From Eledone cirrhosa (Eukaryota), in NCBI GenBank assembly GCA_964016885.1, contig OZ024740.1, forward strand, positions 324,570,001 to 324,634,000: DNA of 64,000 bases, written 5' to 3'. Below, piece by piece: positions 58,266 to 64,000 of this stretch. Position 1 is the first letter of the stretch, and the number at the start of each line of letters is the position of its first letter. Below the pieces are notes generated by a model. That model did not search any database. It was not told the origin of the DNA and worked only from the letters and a program-made list of their open reading frames with translations. The position numbers and the translations under genes were made by a program.

Positions 58266-59931
58266 ATTATTATGTTATATTTAAACAAAGAGATTATTGT
58301 AATATTACAGATTAAAATGATAATATCTCACACTGCGTAAAGCGAGGCGTAGTTTAATGCGCTGGATCTTAATGGAAGAATTGTTAAAATGCAGTCAGAT
58401 TATCTAGAAGTCAGTGAAATACAGATATGATCGGATTACATCAGATTACGGAGTTCGGATTACATCAGAATATGTCGTAAGTTCAGAAGACAGTTAGATT
58501 ATAAATGTCATCAGATAGAATCAGACACTGCCAATGTAGAATTTTCATTAAGACCTCTTAGGTCACAAGCAGTCAACAAATGTTTCCCTTTCAACTAACT
58601 CATCATAAAAGTCTAGAATGGTTCTCCGTCGGTTTCAGTGGTGTATGTTCCAGTTGCTGAGTCAACCAAGTAGCCTTCACGAGACACATTGTGCAACTGG
58701 CTGATTCAGCGTTGCAGTGTGTGACAAACTAGCCATTTGAATTACAGTTACAATCAATATTATACTATAGTGTACGTGGCTGTGCACCCACATACACACA
58801 TACACACATAATTTACATGATGCTCATTGTTACACAATGTATGACAATGCTAGCTCTTTGAATTACATATACAATCCATCGGATAAGCCTCCAAGCAGTT
58901 TTCGTCTACCGAATTTCACTCACAAAAATGGGTCGACTCAGGACTCTGTTAAAAGATATTTAAACCCAGAACCTAATGATTGAGAAGCGAACTTCTTAAA
59001 CATTCTGCAAATCACCATAGCATTATACAGAACTTCATAGCAGGTTTGTAGTTAATAGAACATAATTAATATCGCGATAAAAGAGTTATAATGTTGTTAC
59101 ATTAAGATTAACACAGTAGAGTTAGGCTATGTCCTCCTGCATATATTTCACCCTCACCCTCGGTCCAATGACTGAGATGAAAAAGAAGCTTCCTCACACA
59201 ATCCTTTCTCGAACAACATCTGAAGAGGAGACCAGATCGAGATTTTAGAGTGAGTGATTGGAATATACTCCCCTCAAACTTCCTTACACATATCCAACCT
59301 CTAACAATATTTCGAGAGGAGGCTCGACCCCAGCATTGGACGTAGATATTTGAAAACAATCCTTCTCCAACTGAAATGAAAACCTTCTTTCTGAAGAGAC
59401 TTCCCTCCTGGCTCAGAACTACTGTATGTTAGTAAAAGGCACTCAACTACGTGAAAAGGATGGAATAGGAAGATGAAACCTGAGTCCAGATTTTGGGTTG
59501 AGAGGTTTAAGAACGACGCCTTTTCCATAGATATCACTCATCCATCTCAGACTCAACAATTAAAATCAAGAAGTTTCCTCACCTAATAACATCTCGAGAG
59601 GTGACCAGACCCAACTTTGGTCAGAGATTCTTGAAAACGAGCCTCCTGAAATTGACATGGAAGATTTCTCTCCTGGCCTATAAATATATTTTACGGACAA
59701 TCCCCACCAACAGAATTTGTATGAAACTTTAACTCTTTCGTTACCATAATGAACCATAATGAAAGTCACCGCCTAATGTTTTCCAATCCCTTTATAAATG
59801 ACCGAAAATATAGGTGGATTTAGTAATATAACTAATTTTCGCATTATCAAGCCGGTGTTTGTAATATAACTTAATAACGGTCCTTAAAGAACATTAAAAT
59901 GGAAGTCTTTAGGTAAATATAGAGAATTTAA

Positions 59932-60147
59932 CCTTTTCATTACCAAATGTCTAATGCAAGACATCGTCTATGCTTCACAAATCCTTTTGAAAATTAATTT
60001 AAGAAATTTAGTAATCTAACCAACATTCTTGTTATTAATCTGGTGTTTGCAACATAATTTTTACAAAAATTTAGGATGGAATGTTTTGAGATAAATATAA
60101 ACATTGTAAAATAAACATAGAACGGTTTCAAACAGGTATCAAAAGGG
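59932..60147. mobile_element. piggyBac-like MITE with TTAA target duplication
   Basis: TTAA-CCTTTTCATTACC ... GGTATCAAAAGGG-TTAA, with imperfect 13-bp TIRs. A partial sibling starts at 59729. Confidence 0.6.
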
Positions 60148-61365
60148 TTAAATGAAGTAAAAATTATCTTATTAAGAGAATTTATTCAAGTAAGATGAAA
60201 ACATAAATGGTTATAACCGTATTTTGTGGAAGTCAGAGGCTCCTGGAAACCCTCTCTGGTAATCATTGCCTCCATGTATCATGTTTAAGTGACATTCAAA
60301 GATGTCCCTATATTTCTTTTGTCAATTCCTTCACATATCTATGGATATAAATCGTTGAACAAATCATCAGTGTTGTATCTTGGAGTCGATATGCGTATCT
60401 TCATTTAGGTGATCAAGCCACAGGACATATCATCACAGCTGTATCCTGTAGTCATTGGATGTTTCGGGTCTCATAACTTACACCTTCATCATAGTAACCC
60501 TCCTGAAATTGAAGTTTAAGCCAGTGTCGTAGTGATTTACATACTACTGACCCCACGGGCCACATTATCGTCTGTGTCAGACCCTCACATTGCTCCTATT
60601 TTCATTATCTAACATCCCAATATTCCTCAATTTATTATCTCCCTTATTTATTTACTATATTTGTGTCCCTGATTTCCTATTTCTGTATGCAAACATTGCA
60701 CTGAAATACTGCATATAAATACATTTCAGCAAAATCATTTTCCATTTTCGAATTTTTTATATATTTATTTGGATATTTATATATATATATATATTCTTAG
60801 ATTTTTTTCTTTGTTTTGTTTCTCCTCCTGTCTTTTTTCCTGGCAGATATTTTTGAATTCCTTTTAGTACATCCGAGAAATAATATTTAATAGGAAACAA
60901 AGTAAACCTCATTTGTCTTTTTTATTTTCAACTCCTTTCTAAATCATTTTTGTTTTATATCATTTTATAATGCATCCGCCATTTTATCCGCCGGGAAGAT
61001 GAAACATTTGCATGAAACGCTGTGGTTAATTTTGTTTATTGTATTCAGGAAATAAAAAAAATTGAAATCCATAAAAAAAATATTATCAGAAATAAGTTTA
61101 TATAGGTACTCTCAATATGTAATATGCCGCCATTATACTCCTAGACTTGACATCAATGTAAGAGGTACTCCTATTATATATTCGTTTTTTTTTTTACTGG
61201 TTTTCAGTCAATAGACTGTGGCCACTCTAAAGAGATTTAATCGATCAGATTTTATCGACACCAGAACTCATTCTTTCAGATCTGACGCTTATTTTATCGT
61301 TTTTTTTTAAATTTAGTCGAACCACTAAATTACGAAACATAAACACAGGCATAGATAGAGCCACG

Positions 61366-61840
61366 CATAAATACGCGCTCGTATGCACGCATACTTACAT
61401 GTGTATATGCAATTACTCTCTAGCAGATTTCATTGTGAGGAGATGGAAGGCTTGTTCTGGCATAAATACACACTCGCATGCACGCACACTTACATGTATA
61501 TATACAGTTACTCTCTACCAGATTTCATTGTGAGGAGATGGAAGGCTTGTTCTGGCATAAATACGCGCTCGCATGAACGCACACTTACATGTATATATAT
61601 ACAGTTACTCTCTACCAGATTTCATTGTGAGGAGATGGAATGCTTGTTCTGGCATAAATACGCGCTCGCATGCACGCATACTTACATGTGTATATGCAAA
61701 TACTCTCTAGCAGATTTCATTGTAAGGAGTTGGAAGGCTTGTTCTGACATAAATACACACTCACGTGTACGCACACTTACATGTATATATACAGTTACTC
61801 TACCTGATTTCAGAGAGAAGTTGGAAGGCTTCTTCTGGCG
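61366..61840. repeat. 95-bp tandem repeat, 5 copies
   Basis: cataaatac recurs at 61366, 61461, 61556, 61653 and 61748. Confidence 0.92.
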
Positions 61841-62059
61841 TGATGTCATGAGACGTCAGGGTTTCATTGATGGTATCAATCCATTTCTTCCTAGACCAAC
61901 CACAACTCTTGTGCTCAAACATCATTTTGTTATACTCATGATGGGATGATAGTGCTCCATTCTCGGAACTTTATGTGACGATGGATTCGTCTGTGTATAT
62001 ATTTACACAAGAAACAAAAGAAACAAATCTCTTTCCGATTGGTGCATTTGTATAATTTT

Positions 62060-62870
62060 CTCGTGTGTTGTGTGTGTTGCTTTGTGTTGTGTGTATTGCT
62101 TTGTGTGTGTTGCTTTGTGTGTGTTGTGAGTGTTGCTTTGTGTGTGTTACGTTGTGTTATGTGTATTGCGTTGTGTTGTGCGTATTGCGTTGTGTTGTGT
62201 TGCGTGTGTTGCGTTGTGTTGTATCATGTTGTGTCGTGTGTGTTGCGTTGTGTTGTGTGTATTGTGTTGTGTGTGTTGTGTTGAGTTGTGTCGTGTGTGT
62301 TGCGTGTGTTGTGTCGTGTTGTATTGCATTGTGTCGTGTCTGTTGTGTTGTGTCGTGTGTGTTGTGTTGTGTTGTGTCGTGTGTGTTGCGTCTGTTGTGT
62401 CGTGTTGTGTTGCATTGTGTCGTGTGTGTTGTGTTGTGTCATGTGTGTTGTGTTGTGTTGTGTTGTGTTGTGTTGTGTCGTGCGTGTTGTGTTGTGTTGT
62501 GTCGTGTCGTGTTGTGTTGTGTTGTGTTGTGTTGTGTCGTGCGTGTTGTGTTGTGTTGTGTCGTGTCGTGTTGTGTTGTGTTGTGTTGCCTGTGTTGCCT
62601 GTGTTGCGTTGTGTTGTGTCGTGTCTGCTGCGTTGTGTTGTGTTGTGTGTATTGCGTTGTGTTGTGTCGTGTGTATTGTGTTGCGTGTGTTGTGTTGTGT
62701 TGTGTTGTGTCGTGTCTGTTGCGTTGTGTTGTGTGTATTGCGTTGTGTTGTGTTGCGTCTGTTGCGTTGTGCTGTGTCATGTCTGCTGCGTTGTGTTGTA
62801 CTGTGTGTATTGCATTCTGCTGTGTTGTGTGTATTGCGCCGTGTTGTGTTGCGTGTATTGCGTTGGTGTT
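62060..62870. repeat. (GTGTT)n degenerate pentanucleotide repeat
   Basis: Direct inspection. Confidence 0.92.
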
Positions 62871-63569
62871 ACATTGTATAGTAAAGACTGATCGATGTTA
62901 TTTGATACGTGAGAAAAAGATGGAAACATCACTTCAGGAAATATCTCTTGGTAGTTCTTATGAATGAATCAAGAGTTTTTCTTTACTGCGATATTTCATT
63001 ATTGTGATTAAGGTGAAGGGAGAGGTTGGTAGTGTAGGTGTCGCTTTCAACAATTTTATCGAACAGTCAACTGTATGTAATTTGGGATTTGTTTTCCAGT
63101 TTTAAATTTCTTTCACTATTGACTACGGGCTGAGAGATAATATATTTGGAAGAGAGAGATAAAGACTGAGGGGGAGAGGTATTGAGAAATAAATATTTGG
63201 AGAGAGAAGGAGAGAGAGAAAGACAGACAGTGTGTGAAAGAGTATGAATAAAGGATTTATTTATAAATAGAAAGGGAGAGATATCAAGAGAGATATAATT
63301 AGAGATATAATATAAATTAGTGAGAGATCTTGTGTAGATAGTTAGAGAGAGAGAGAGAAAGATACCCAGAGAGAAAGAATGAGAGAGATACAGTGGAGCG
63401 AGATGGAGATGGTCTCAGAGAGAATATACATAAAAGTATGATAGATAGAAAGGAGAAAATATTGAAAGAGGGTGAACGAGAGATAGCCAGGGAGAGAATA
63501 TAAGGGAATAAGAAGGAAAGAAGAGGCAAGTGAGTAAACATAGACAGAGTGAAGAAAAGAGGGGAAGAA

Positions 63570-63576
63570 AGTGACT

Positions 63577-63609
<33 letters not shown>

Positions 63610-63680
63610 CGAGAGAGAGAGAGTGAGTGAGTGAGTGAGTGAGTGAGTGAGTGAGTGAGTGAGTGAGTGAGTGAGTGAGT

Positions 63681-63720
<40 letters not shown>

Positions 63721-63792
63721 CTACATCAGAAGTTAAAAATTAAAGTGGCGGGGTTGTGAGAGAAACGTAGGTGTACAAGAAAGAGAGAGAGC

Positions 63793-63830
<38 letters not shown>
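63570..63830. repeat. (GA)n and (GAGT)n microsatellites
   Basis: Direct inspection. Confidence 0.9.
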
Positions 63831-64000
63831 TTGTTCACCAGACAGTAAGAGAAACTATAAAAAGAAACATAAAATGGCGGTTGTAGATGTTGAGGTAGTG
63901 TGATGAAGGTGATGAGGGGGAAAACATTGAGCTGTCGTCGCCATATTAGAAAGTTAGAACAGATAAGAAATGTCCAATAAAATCCAATAAAATCTAATAC

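Noticed and set aside
61366-61840. 95-bp and 45-bp arrays as CRISPR-like loci
   Set aside because: No unique spacers; these are plain tandem repeats in a eukaryotic context.

Overview
AT-rich eukaryotic DNA with very dense microsatellites, most likely a coleoid cephalopod such as Octopus (inferred from the SINE family and repeat landscape). I could not establish any host protein-coding gene; essentially all ORFs in the track are simple-repeat artefacts, including the 1860-aa ORF inside an 8.3-kb C/A-rich satellite. The main structured content is Penelope-like retroelement (PLE) material inserted in (TA)n tracts. It comprises three decayed Naiad-like GIY-YIG ORF ends and many short non-coding insertions carrying type I hammerhead ribozyme (HHR) folds. 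About 16 HHR motifs were read by eye; most have a palindromic stem III or loop 3, and some show compensatory changes. Many insertions are fold-backs whose inverted arm stops at a fixed point before a unique 3' tail. The best candidate is a young retrozyme-like array: 591-bp tandem monomers plus an inverted arm, each monomer with a U3-A8 variant HHR. A 676-bp terminally redundant HHR element is similar. Also present are tRNA-derived SINEs, RTE-type LINE fragments, a TTAA-flanked MITE family and several minisatellites. All folds and alignments were done manually and need computational confirmation.
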